Shown here: one piece after another, positions 10,752 through 22,700 of the stretch | How positions within the stretch are numbered: position 1 is the stretch's first letter | How the letters are laid out: each line of letters opens with the position of its first letter | Assembly: GCA_013265495.1 (NCBI GenBank) | Contig: MU057822.1 | Span: forward strand, 95,133 to 159,132 | Length of the DNA stretch: 64,000 nt | Direction: 5' to 3' | From: Vicugna vicugna | Lineage: Eukaryota | The notes under the pieces: model-generated | Told to the model about the DNA's origin: nothing | Seen by the model: the letters and a program-made list of their open reading frames with translations, nothing else | Databases searched by the model: none | Program-made: the position numbers and the translations under genes

Positions 10752-10794
10752 TCAGACTTTCACAGATGCTGGCGGCATCACCAGCTGGTTCACC
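10752..10794 (-). CDS. SPNS2: SPNS2 exon 12 coding part (exon continues to 10748)
   Basis: [16 protein letters not shown], then GGCG|GTGAGT donor. Confidence 0.95.
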
Positions 10795-13700
10795 CTGGGG
10801 GAGAGACGGGCGGGGGTCAAGGTGGCGGATCAGCGGGGGCCGGGCCTGGGCACTGCTCTGGCACATCGCATCACGGGGGCCGGTGGACCGGACGTGCTGG
10901 GCAGGGACCTCGTCAGCCCCAGAGGGAGGTGGGAGAGCCCAGGGGTGGGGAGAGGAGAGAGAGGAGTAAAGAGGAGAGGAGAAAGAAGTCAGAAAACAAG
11001 AGGAAAAAGCAAAGGTGGGGTCCCAGCTCTGAAAACTCTTAATTCCAGAGAAAAGCTCAAGTATAGAACCACCAGGAGAACCCCAGGTCATCACGGGCTC
11101 CCCACCTGTGAGCCGGAGGCAGCATCACGAGGCTGGAAGGCTCAGGGGCTGAGGACCCCATCAGCCAGGTGACCCACCCGCCTCACCCGAGTTGGGGCTG
11201 TCACAGCCGAGGCAGCAGGCCCACCCCCAGCCCCACTCACTGCTGCTCAGCCTGGGCGCGGTCGCTGAGGAAGAAGAGTGCGGTGGCGAGGAAGAACATG
11301 CCACCCAGGACCACGACGAAGGGGCAGAGCATGAGGGCGTAGCCCAGGCTCAGGAACTCCCAGAGCGGGGAGTCCTTGGTGCTCTGGCGGATCAGGTCGG
11401 AGATCTGCGGGATGCTGGGCGTCAGGGCAGGGCCACCTCCCCAAGCCCGGCTCCCAGCCTGGTCCCTCCCGCCCCCACTACTCACAAAGCCGATGAGGTA
11501 GGGGCTTCCGGCGTCCCCCAGCAGGTGGGAGGTGAAGCTCTGCAGGGCCACAGCAGTGGCCCGTCTTGTGGGGATGACCACACACTGTGCAGGAAGCGGC
11601 AGGTCAGAGGCCAGGAGAGCCAGGCGCACCCACCTCGCCCCATCCCAGAGGTCACACTTCAGAACCTCCCACAGCCTCAACTCACTCTGCCTGGTGCCTT
11701 GACCCCTCTCTCCTGGGCCCTCCCCTCTCCTCCAGCTCCTGAGACCAGGCTGCCCTTGACAGAGAGCCAAGTGCAGAGGTCACAGAGAAACCAAGGCCCG
11801 GAGGCACACAGATCACACGTGGAAGCCCAAAGCTCACACGCGGGGCCAGGCAGCCCTGGGACCAGAACCCTGGCCTCAGTCCTGCCCCCGCCTCCCCACA
11901 CACTGAAGACCCACCTTGGTTCCCCCTCCACAAGGACCTGCCAAAGCCTAGGCTGACTGGGGTGGCCGACAGTGGTCAAGCAGGACCCTGCCTGGGAGAG
12001 CCTCCACTTTTACCCCGAGCACTGATTGCCGGAGCCACGGGCCCCCAAAACCCCACCAGACCAAGCAGACCCTGACCCACAGGGTCTGTAGCTCCAAAGC
12101 TGGGCGGGCCAAGGTCACACGAGAGGCATTGGTGGCAGAGGAGCCACCTCAGTGGGTGCCCTGGGCAGCCCCCTGCCCCTAGCTCCAGCTGCCTTATCTA
12201 GTCAGAGCCCCGACCCCTGTGGACAGTCTGTGCAAGCAGCCAGTGCCCACCCAGCACCCCACTACTCGGGGGGAGGGGAGACCTGGATTTCATGGCCCCA
12301 TTTCCAGGAATAATTAGTCACTTGGCTGTGACACTTAATAATAAAATGGGACACAATTTCCCTGGGACCCAAACCCTGTCAGCAGCTGGGGCTGCCCCTA
12401 GGGGTGGAGACAGAAGAGGAGGTCCTGCCCGCTGCCAAGGACACTTGATTCAGACACACTCCCTTCATCCAGCGTGTGCAGGGACCCCCACCCCACCCCT
12501 GCCACCCCGTCTGGCTCCATGTTGGGGCACAGATTTGAGTCAGTCCTCCCCCACCACCACCTCCCAGCCTTGGACTAGTGGGGAGAGAGGAACACCTCCA
12601 GATGAAGCAGATACGCAGGGGAGCTGGGGTGGGGCAAGGCAGGCTTCCTGGAGGAGGGGAGCTAGCAGAGACCCGATGCCCAGGCAGATGCCCAGGCAGA
12701 CTCTGATCTGCAGGCTGACCCACACTGTGGCACCAAACCCCAAGCACCCTGAAGGTCGACCCATGAGTACTTCCTCCCCCTGCCCCCAGGGCCCACCCTG
12801 GCACCTCCAAGATACCCTCCCCACTGCTGGTCCCCTGCACTCCCCTTCTCCCAGTCCTCTCCTGGCCTTGACTTGGAGGATCCCTGAGGACAAGACCAGA
12901 TGTCACCCCTGATTGCCACCCCCTCCAGACTCCTGCCAGTTAGCAGGGCCACAACCCCCTCCTGGTTCCTCCTGGGCTGCACCCATCCCCGCCCAAGGAC
13001 CCAAGCCCCTGCCACCACTCAGACGGCCCTTTGTCCCCGGCCGGCTGGTCTGGAGCCCATTGTTGGCCCTGTGAAGACGGCCTCTGTCTGCCCGGCCCAG
13101 CCGCAGGCACTCCAGCAGGCGTGCCTGGGACCCAGGCTGAGCTGGGAGGGCAGAGTCCATGGAAGCTAAGGCCCTGGGGGAGGAGCGCTGGCAGGCAGCA
13201 CCACCTCGGTGCCAGCCTGGCACTGCCAGCCTCCCAGCCACAAACCTGAGCCTCCAGACATCCCCCTCCCCACCCACAATCCCCATGTCCTTCCCTTCTG
13301 CCTACTCAATCCTCTGATGCGAGGCCCTGCCCCGATGCAGACCCCAAATCTCCGATCCCCTCCTCCGCCTCCACGCTCACGTTCCCAGTACGCCTTCGTT
13401 CCCACGCACCCCCGACAAGCCCTGCCGGCTCTGCCCCCTCTTCACCCGCCCCGGCCCCGTCAGCATGAGGCAACCTTGGCCTGCCTCACCATGAGGATGT
13501 CCGCAGTGATGGCCCAGTTAGAAAACAGCAGCGTCTCCCCAACAAAGATGCAGATCTGCCCGGGAGAGAGCAGAGCGACCATCAGGGGGCGCTCCACCCA
13601 ACATCGACCCCAGACTGCCCCCTGCACCCCAGCTGCTGGCAGGGAGCCCCTCAAAACCTCCCACTCCTCCTGGCAGTCAGGCTGACAAGGAATTTGTGGA

Positions 13701-16700
13701 TTATCTACAGGCTTCAGGTCAGGTCCACAGCTGTGAAGGACACCCAGAGCTCTGGGCAGGCCCTGGACAGAGCAGGGGCAGGCAGAGGGCTGGAGCCTCC
13801 CCGTGGGCAGGGAGGAAGGGCCTCTACGAGTCGGACTGCATTTCCTTTCCCAGGACCCAGCTCCCCCCAACACCCTGGCACCCCTACTGCACTCACATAG
13901 GCCCCCACGATGCTGCTCTTGGCAGCCACGAAGATGAGGCAGATGAAGATGGCAGAGCCCAGCATGCCCACCGCACACACCAGTGGGTCGGCCCGCTGGG
14001 TCCTCAGGCGGCACCAGCGCGTGGCTCCTGCCCCAGTGACCACACCGAGAAAACCCGTAAAGCAGGTGATGGCGCCAAAGATGAGGCTGTGTGGACAGAG
14101 GGCAGTGGGGCCGGGGTGAGAGGGGCAGGGCTGGGGTAGAGGGGCTGGCAGCAGCCCTCACCACCCTGCCATCCCTGCCCCCGCTGCCGGCCCCACCTGT
14201 CCCTGGCCCCACAGGGCGGGTTGCTGCACGTCTCTGCCGTCTTCTGCACGACTTGGGCGCGGTGCAGGTAGAGTGGGATCCACATGCCCAGGGCCCCTGT
14301 GGCGAAGGACACAGCCGACGTGGCCAGGGAGGAGAAGACGTAGCTGCGGCTGGGGAGAGGCCGGGGCAGCGACACTGAGCGGGGACCAGCACCCCTGCAG
14401 CTGGCAGACTCGGGCCCAGGCGTCGGGGCCCGGGAGGCAGGCTTTTCTCCCTCACACCTTCCCCATAAGGAACGGAAGGCCTCAGATGCCTTTCCTGCCA
14501 GCCCCAGTAGTGAGGACTCCAGCTTCAGGAATAATAAACACTAGTAACCAAAATGTCCCTCTCAGCCCTGTGGGCAGTGGAGACAGAGGAGGAAGTCTGG
14601 CCAAGAGCTCTGGGTGGGCTGCCCTGCGAACAGGGGTCCTCATCTCGGCACCCCTCCCTCCTCCCACCAGACCCCTCCCAGCACCACTCACTTTCGGATC
14701 AGAGCCTTCATGTCTCGGAGCCACGATGTCCGTGCCTTGAGCTGCCCACCGAGCTGGTCAGCATGGCCTCTCTTAGTGGCCGGGACCAGAAAGAGGATGA
14801 GTGTTCCTGTGATCATGCCCAGGATGGGGGACACCTGGCAGGGCAGGGGGCACCAGGTTAGAACACCAGGGCCCAGATGTCTGTTTCTGCTGCACCAGAA
14901 TGGCGCGGTGCAGGCCAGCCGCGCCTTCCCTGGGCCCCGGGTTTCTCCTCTGGGCTAGAATCCCCCCAGCCTTCCTGACTGGGCAGAGCCACTGTGGGTA
15001 AGGTCAGCACAAAGGGCTTGGGGGCTCCAAATGGGCTCTCCAGACCAGGGGCAGATGGGAGGGGAGACTGAAAGTAGAAGGGAGGGAGGGATGGTCAGAT
15101 GGATAGAGGAGGGAGGACAGATGGCTGGATAGATGGACAGAGAGATGGATGGATAGATAATGGATGGAACAAAAGGAAAGCAGGTATATAGGCAGATATA
15201 TAGAATGGTAACTGGGAGAGGAGAGTTCCTGGGGGCAAGGAACCAGATGCCATCTCCTGCCCACCTCTTTGGGTCTAGGAAAGTTTCCCAGGCCAGCTCC
15301 TTGTCCTGGGGGTGCTGGGAAGGGACTGGCTGGGCATGAAGCTCCCAGCTCATACATCAGGTAGGTTATCATTTGCAAGGGGCCCATGTGAGCCCCAGGA
15401 GATCAGAGGCTCAGGGGCCCCTTTGGGTCCTCTTTGCATCCAGCCCAAGAACAGAATCTCCCAGGCCCCAGGCCTCCTTCCAAATGGAAGGGGCTCATCT
15501 TGACAGCCTGGATTCCAATATACCAGCTCCTCCACCAGCTCACGAGAACAGGGAAATCAGTCCCCAACCCCACCAGGCCTGGAGCCCCTGGGCTGGGGAG
15601 TTCCTCTCCTTTTGCCCCCTCCCACCCTCAATCAAGAAATTCCACGGAGGCTGCTTCCTTCCTGCTTTTGAGGAAAAAACACTTTGTCTCAAGCTTCCTC
15701 TCCTATGCAAGACTGGGGATCTCTGTTTCCTCTGATTTCCCCCCTGTCCTGAGGCCTTGGCTGACTTTTGTCGAATCCTCCTGCAGGACAGGAAGTGGCT
15801 CCAGACCCCGGGGGCTCCCACACAGAAGCCTTGTCTCAGCCCCACCCTAGCGCGGTGCCGGGGCTCAAAGCAGGAAGTGCCATCGTGGACCTGGAATTTC
15901 CTGACATGGTGGGAGAGTCCTTCGTCCTCTCAGACTGGGGGCCCCTGAGGATGGCAGGGCTGAGTCTGGCTCCCTGACACCTCAATGTGGACAAATCTAG
16001 AAGACCCAGGTATGAAGCCTGGAGTCCAAGGCCTGCGTCCCAGACTGGGCTCTGTCCCTGAATCTCAGGGTGACCCTAGGCAAGAGCTGGTCCGGGACTG
16101 TCCTTACCCGCAAGGCCCAGTGCCAGTCTCCAGCCGCCTGCTTCACACTGGAGCCGGTGATGTAGCCCAGGCCGCTGCAGAGAAGATGGGCTCAGTCAGG
16201 CAGGGATGGGTGGGGTGTGCAGTGGCACAGAGGATGCTCTCTGGTCTAAGAGGCCGCCTGCCCCTGCCACCCAGCCAGCCAGGGAACTGGTCCAGGCGTT
16301 TCTCAAGTCACAGGGGGCCAAACCTCAGGGAGAGGGAGTAGTCAGAAATCCAAGGGGACATTGCCCAGATCCTCACCTGCCCAGTGGGATGGCGAAGTAG
16401 AAGACAGACAGCATTAGTGTGCGGGTGTTCTTGGTGAAGAGGTCGCCGATGATGGTGGGTGCGATGGTGGAGTAGCTGGCCTCGCCGATGCCCACCAGCC
16501 CGCGAGACAGGACCAGCAGCCAGAAGTGCTGTGGGGGAGGGGTGGAGAATGTTGGAGGACTGTCCTGCTCCTCTGCCTGCTCATCTTTGGTCCCCATTTT
16601 GCTCCCCATTTTGCTCCCCATCCCCGGGAGCAAGAAGGAGCCAGGATAGAGGATGGAGTCCAACCCCTAGACCCTCAGGCCACTCCAAGCCTGGTTTCCC

Positions 16701-19700
16701 ACTCTGTGTAGTGGGCCTGCTGGCTCATGCTGGGGTGAAGCTGGACTTTCTCAAGTGGAGAGTTGTAGGCATGGCCTAGACAGGACCCCTCTATCCCCAC
16801 AAGCATGCGTCTCCACAAGACATAAGCCTGCGTCTCCACTGCCACCCCCACCAATTGAGAGACCTCCTCTCTGGATTCTGACCCCACCTTGGGAGCCTCA
16901 AGCCATCCCAACTCTGTGTCCCACCCCCTGGCAGAGAAGCTGGGCTGACCCTGGCAGCATTGAAAACCCAGTGTAAATGGGGAGTGGGCAGGGCAGCCCA
17001 GTGAGCTCAGTGCCCCTCCCCCATACACACATCAAAGAGCAAAGCGCAGCTGAGCTGGGAAGGGTGGGGCCATGCCAGCTGCCAGTGGTACTAGCCCTTT
17101 GATGTGGACCCAGCCCCTCCATCCCCCCAGCTGCCCCGGGCCTGAGAACCAACATGGGTCATCTTTCCCCAGCCCCACCCGGACCACCCATCCGGCCAGC
17201 TTCACCCACGTCCAGCCATCCTCCGGGTCTCCCTGCTGCCCTCTCTCCATCTGCCCATATCTTTCCTGGTCCTCTCTCTGCATCACTGGTCCTGCCCATC
17301 CATCTCTGAGCCTCTCATTTCCATAGTCCATTCACTCTCACTCTCCATCTCCGAGCCTTCCCCTGGCTCCTTGCCTCTGCTTCTCTCCCTGAGAATCATC
17401 TGCCCACAGCCTTTGCCTATTTTTCTGTTGGGTTATCTTTCTTGTATGTGTTTCTACTATATACTATTTTATAGATCATGGGTATTAACCTTTAAGATAG
17501 GTTATAAATATTTTAGGTTATCTTTCTTTTCCACTTTGTTTACAGGAGGTTTCACCATACAGAAGCTTTATTTTGTGTTGTTTGATTTGATGCTGTCCAA
17601 TCTGTTGATTTTTCCTTTAATGGCTTCCCTTAAAGGATTTCATGTCTTGCTCAGGAAGGGCTAGCCCATACCAGAATAATAAAAAAAATTCTCTTATCTT
17701 TTATACTTGTTATATTTGAGAAAGAGAATGAGGGCAACTTCCTCATTCGCCTCAGTATAAGGGCAGGCAGATAAGACCTCTTGGACAAGAGATCTCATTG
17801 ATTCCCCGCCCCCTCCCCCAGGAACCGGCTATACTGTGCGGTGGTTTTTGATTCTCTCTACCTTTGCTTGCACATACACATACCAAGGAGCAACATTTAG
17901 GGTCCCCTGTGTGCTTTTAAAAAGTAAACATCAAAAGACCATGCACACATCTTGTCCCACAACTTGCTTTTTTTTCCCCTCAGCCTCTGGAAAGCCATTT
18001 GTGTTGGTTAATTCTAGATCTAGTTCATTCATTTGCTGCCAAGAATCTCACAGTATGAATACACCCCATTCTATCTGGGCATCCCCCAGTCATGGTCATT
18101 TAGATTCTCTCTCTTTCTCTCTCTCTCTCTCTCTTTTTTTTTTCTATTACAAAACTGCAACAAGCATCCTTAAGATGCACCTGTCACTTCGGGTCCACGA
18201 GTTGGGAGTTTCTACACAGTGCGTACACCTCGAAGTAGAAGACTGGGCTGTGGGATGCACACAGAATTTTACAAAATCCTGCCATTTTACTCTTCAAAGA
18301 GGCTCTCCCAATTTACACTCCCACCAGCAGCTTTAATAACACTTGGTATTGTCAGCCTTTTTAATTGCTGCCAATCTGATGGGTGTGAAATGGTACCTCA
18401 TTGTGGTTTTAATTTGCAGTGCCCTGATTATTTGAGAAGCCAGGAACCATCTCTTTCTACATCTACTGCCCATTTGGGGATCTTCCCCTGGGATTGCCCA
18501 TCACTACCCTTTGCCCGTCTTTCTACTGGCTTATTTGTCTTTTTCTTGCTGATTTATCATTCTAGATTTTTATAGTTTGCTTTTTTTTTTTTCACTTTAC
18601 TCTCACCTGTCTGGGCCTGTGTTTGAATTATGGTTTGAAATACAGCCCAGACTTTATCATCCATCCAGATGTATCCATTCTCTCAAAACCATTTATTTGA
18701 GATGCAACTTTCATCCCACTCACTTCCCAGAGAGGAGGACACTGTTGCCTTGATCTCTGAGTTTATTCTTCTGCTGTTTTAGTTAGAATAGCTGTATTGT
18801 GATAACTGATAAGGCAAGGCCCTTTCATATGCCCGTCTTTCTACTGGCTTATTTGTCTTTTTCTTGCTGATTTATCATTCTAGATTTTTATATTTTGCTT
18901 TTTTTTTTTCACTTTACTCTCACCTGTCTGGGACTGATTTTGAAGTATGGTTTGAAATACAGCCCAGACTTTATCATCCATCCAGATGTATCCATTCTCT
19001 CAAAACCATTTATTTGAGATGCAACTTTCATCCCACTCACTTCCCAGAGAGGAGGACACTGTTGCCTTGATCTCTGAGTTTATTCTTCTGCTGTTTTAGT
19101 TAGAATAGCTGTATTGTGATAACTGATAAGGCAAGGCCCTTTCATTGTTATTTTTCACAATGTTCTTGGCTATTCCTGGGCACTTTCTCTGCCAAATTAA
19201 CTTCAGAATCACATTGCCAATGTCCACCAAAAACCCCCGTGGGACTTGGATCGTGATTGCAATGAATTTCTAGATTAATTGGGGGTGAGCTGTCTATTCC
19301 TCTGTCTGCCTCTGCTCATCTCTCCCCAGCTCCCCCTCCCTTCCACACACCCAGAGCGGGGCCCAGCCTTGACATCGTGGTCCTGGGGTCAAGCCCAGAA
19401 ACAGCCCTGGAGGCCAGACGATCAGGGCCCTGGCCCAGGAAGGACAAGGCCCTGAGGGGTCCTAGAAGCTTCTTCTGGTCCCGTCCCCATTTTTGACTGG
19501 CCGTCAGGCTCTACCTGACACTCCAGGTCTGGAGTTAACCAGGCCTGACCCTCCTCTGTGAAGCTGCCCTGTGAAGCAAAGTTGTATCCCCTAAACCTAC
19601 CAATTCTCTCTGCCCTCACCTCCAGCCTCCACTGGATTCAGTGTAAATCTGACTCACCACTGCCCTACTTCAGACTCTTCCAGGGTCCATCTCTTCCCTC

Positions 19701-22700
19701 AGGAGGAAGCTCAGGCCTTCCAACCCGGCCTTCAAGGTTCCTCCTGATCTTGTCCTGCCTTCCTTTCCAACCAAAGCCCTCTCCTCCTCCAACTATCAAC
19801 ACACTCCATCATTTCTGCATCCCTGGGATGGCTCCCTCTGCCTGTGCTATCTTCACCGAAAGGCCTAATCTCCCTGACTTGCCTGCCCAGCTCAAATGCC
19901 ACCTCCTCCAGGAAGTCTTCCCTGACCACATGGATGTCAAGAGCCTGCTCTCTCTTCAGTGACGACTTTCAGCACTTCGCACATCTTGAAGGCTCTGAGC
20001 ATGGGAGCTCCTGTCACATCTTCCCACCCCTAGCCTGGGTGCTCCCAAGGATGGGGCCAGGGTCTCCTCCTCTGTCCACTAGGCTGAAAGCTCCCTGAGG
20101 ATAGATCCTGGTCTCCTCCCCTTCTTCCTCTATGTCCCTCTACAGTAGCCATCATGTGATTGTCCTTGCTCTGTTTGAACATCCCTACTGATGGGACACT
20201 CACTACCTCTCAAAGCAACATACCTCCTCTTTGGAAGAAAGAGCAGAAATAATGATTTGTTGAACACCTGCCATATGTCAGGGTCTGAACATTCATTAGT
20301 TCAGTTATTTCTCAAAACAAACCTTCAAGCTGAGATGTATTATACCCATATTCAAGATGCGGAAACTGAGACTCAGAAAAGTTAAGGAAGTCTCTCCAGA
20401 TCACAAAGCTGAGTGGGCAACAGAACTGGGATATTCAAACCCAGAACTGTGGGAGCCAAGCAAGAAACATCTTCCTTATGTTGAACTGATGTTTACCTCC
20501 CTATGACTTTGACCCAGGGAGTTGGCTGGTCTTCGGACAAACAGCAAAGGCCCAGAGAAGGGTAGTGACTTACCTAGGGTCACACAGCAAGATGATGGCA
20601 CAGCCAGGTCTAGAACCAAGGGTCCTGACTCCTTGGCCAGCCTTGCTCGCCCTGTTTCTTGCATCTTCCCAAATCAGAGGCAGCTCAGAGAGAGTCAGGA
20701 TGCCACAAGGGGCTGTGAGTCCCTCAGTTCAAGGCCAGCACAAGAAAGGCCCCACATGTAGGACCAGTGTATAGAGGTACCCAAAGACTCCCTTATCCCA
20801 CTGCACTTGGAAGACACTGTGTGGGATTTGAACAAAGGGTCTGGAACCCCAGTCTAGACTAGTACAAGTCAATCAGACTAGCCACCCGCTGGAGGAACCA
20901 GGACACACGGACGGGACACGCAGTGGTGCCGGGTGGGGAGCCCGGGCAGGCCTCACCTGCTGAGGGATGAAGGAGCTGGAGAACGTGACCGCCGACCAGA
21001 AGAAAATCCCGCAGCTGAGGATGACCTTCCTGTTGAAGCGGTCGCCCAGGTAGCCAAAGATGGGGGCAGCCACCATGAAGCTGCAGATGAACACTGTGCA
21101 GGGAGAGGAGAGCTGCAGGGGTGGGGCAGGGGCCCGCGGCTGAGCCCACCAGCCCGGATCGCCCCAGCTTGAGGCCAAGGGCCCGTGAGACGAGGCTGGG
21201 CCTGGGCCAGGGGCTCAGGAAGCAGCCCTCAGTCCCGCCAAGAGGGGCAACCTCGGCCGGGCCTGGGCCCAAGGGAGGCGGGACAGGCCCTCTGGGTTAG
21301 GGTGACCCCACGCCTCCATCATCTTTGGTGTCCAGCTGCAGGTGAGCCCTTTGGGTACTTTTTAAAAGAGTAAATATTTGTTTATTGAACACTTTTTAGG
21401 TGTCAGGAGCTTTGCCGGGGGCTCAACACACAGCATTTTGTGTATCCTTCCGACCCCTGTCCCACCTCACAGATGGGGAGACACTAAGAGAAGAGAATGA
21501 CTTGCCCAAGGCCCCACAGGTGGTAAATGCCCCAGTGGGGATTGGACACTCTGTCTGTCTGACTCCAGAGCTAGTGTTCCTTATACTTGGCCACACTGCT
21601 TTCCTCATTATACTTGAAGAAGAGGTTCAGAGAGGGAAAGAGGCCTATCCAAGGTCATACCGCAGATTGACGCAGAACTGGACCTGGAACCCCAGGTCTC
21701 CTACCTGCCAGGTAATACAGCCACCCTCACTCCCGGCCGACTGCAGAGGCTTCCCTGACATTTTGAAACATTGTCATTCATTTGTTCATTCACCCATTCA
21801 CTCATTTATTCATTCATCCTTTCATCCATTCAATAAAGACAAAAATTCCATTCTAGTGAGAAACAGACCATAAAATAAAAAAGATGGTACATCAGGGGGT
21901 GACTAGTGCTGAGGAGGGGAAAAGGACAGAAACAGGATATAGGAAATGTGTGCACATGAGAGAAAGACAACAGATGTTACAGTTTTAAATAGAAAGGTCT
22001 GAGAAGGTGACATTTCAGCAAAGACCAGGAGGAGACGAATCTTGCAAATATTGGGTAGAGAATAGCAAGTGCAAAGGCCCTGGAGCAGGAGTGCACTTAG
22101 CATGTTTCAGGAACAACAAAGAGGCCAGAGTGGCTGGAGCAGAGGGACCCAGGGGAAAGGCCAGATAGGATAGGGCCTTGTGGCCAACTGTGGTGACTGT
22201 GGCTTCCATGGGTGAGAAAGGAAAACACCAGAGGATGCTGACAGAGGAGAGCTGTGACCTGGTTTTGTTCTTCCAGAACAAGAGAGCAGCAGTCTTAGAG
22301 GACCCTGTGGGGACGGCGCTACCAGTGATGGGAGGGGCCTTGGAGGTCCCAGGTGGGGGACGAAGAGGCCAGCAAGGCAGGGCAGGCACTAGGCCATGTC
22401 ATGAGGCAGCCCCAGATTCCCCCTCCCAGAAGGCAGTCCCACAGCTGTCGGGCAGATGGCCAGACAAAGGCCCGGTGGGCAGACCCGGCGGCCAGTTGGC
22501 CGGCCTCTGACCACCAAGCTGGCTGCTCCCTCACAGACGTGAGTCCCTAGGAGGCAGGCCGGACTAGAAGAGACCGAGGGTGCTGAGGAAGGAAAGGAGG
22601 AAGTGGACAAGAGGGCAACGGGCTGGGCTGGAACAATCTGACTGTCTCTTACCTAAATGAACAGGACGTGGGTGTATGAGTGCGGGGGGAACCTTTTAAT

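Larger units (their letters stand above)
17380..19285 (-). mobile_element. Old L1 (L1M-type) ORF2/3' fragments
   Basis: T-rich, AT-rich block with antisense L1 hallmarks CCAATTTACACTCCCACCAGCAG and GTGAAATGGTACCTCATTGTGGTTTTAATTTGC. Confidence 0.7.

Noticed and set aside
10748..10754. SPNS2 as an NMD target because of the 3'UTR intron
   Set aside because: The junction is only 4 nt past the stop, well under the 50-55 nt rule
11192..11956. 254-aa plus-strand ORF
   Set aside because: Antisense shadow of SPNS2 exons 10-11 with a TTG start and low-complexity sequence
13460..14455. 331-aa minus-strand ORF
   Set aside because: Crosses SPNS2 exons 7-8 out of frame and introns, entering the true frame only at exon 9; chance ORF in GC-rich DNA
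16590..16625. 12-bp mini-duplications (TCCCCATTTTGC here; GATGCCCAGGCA near 12675)
   Set aside because: Ordinary intronic slippage with no sign of function
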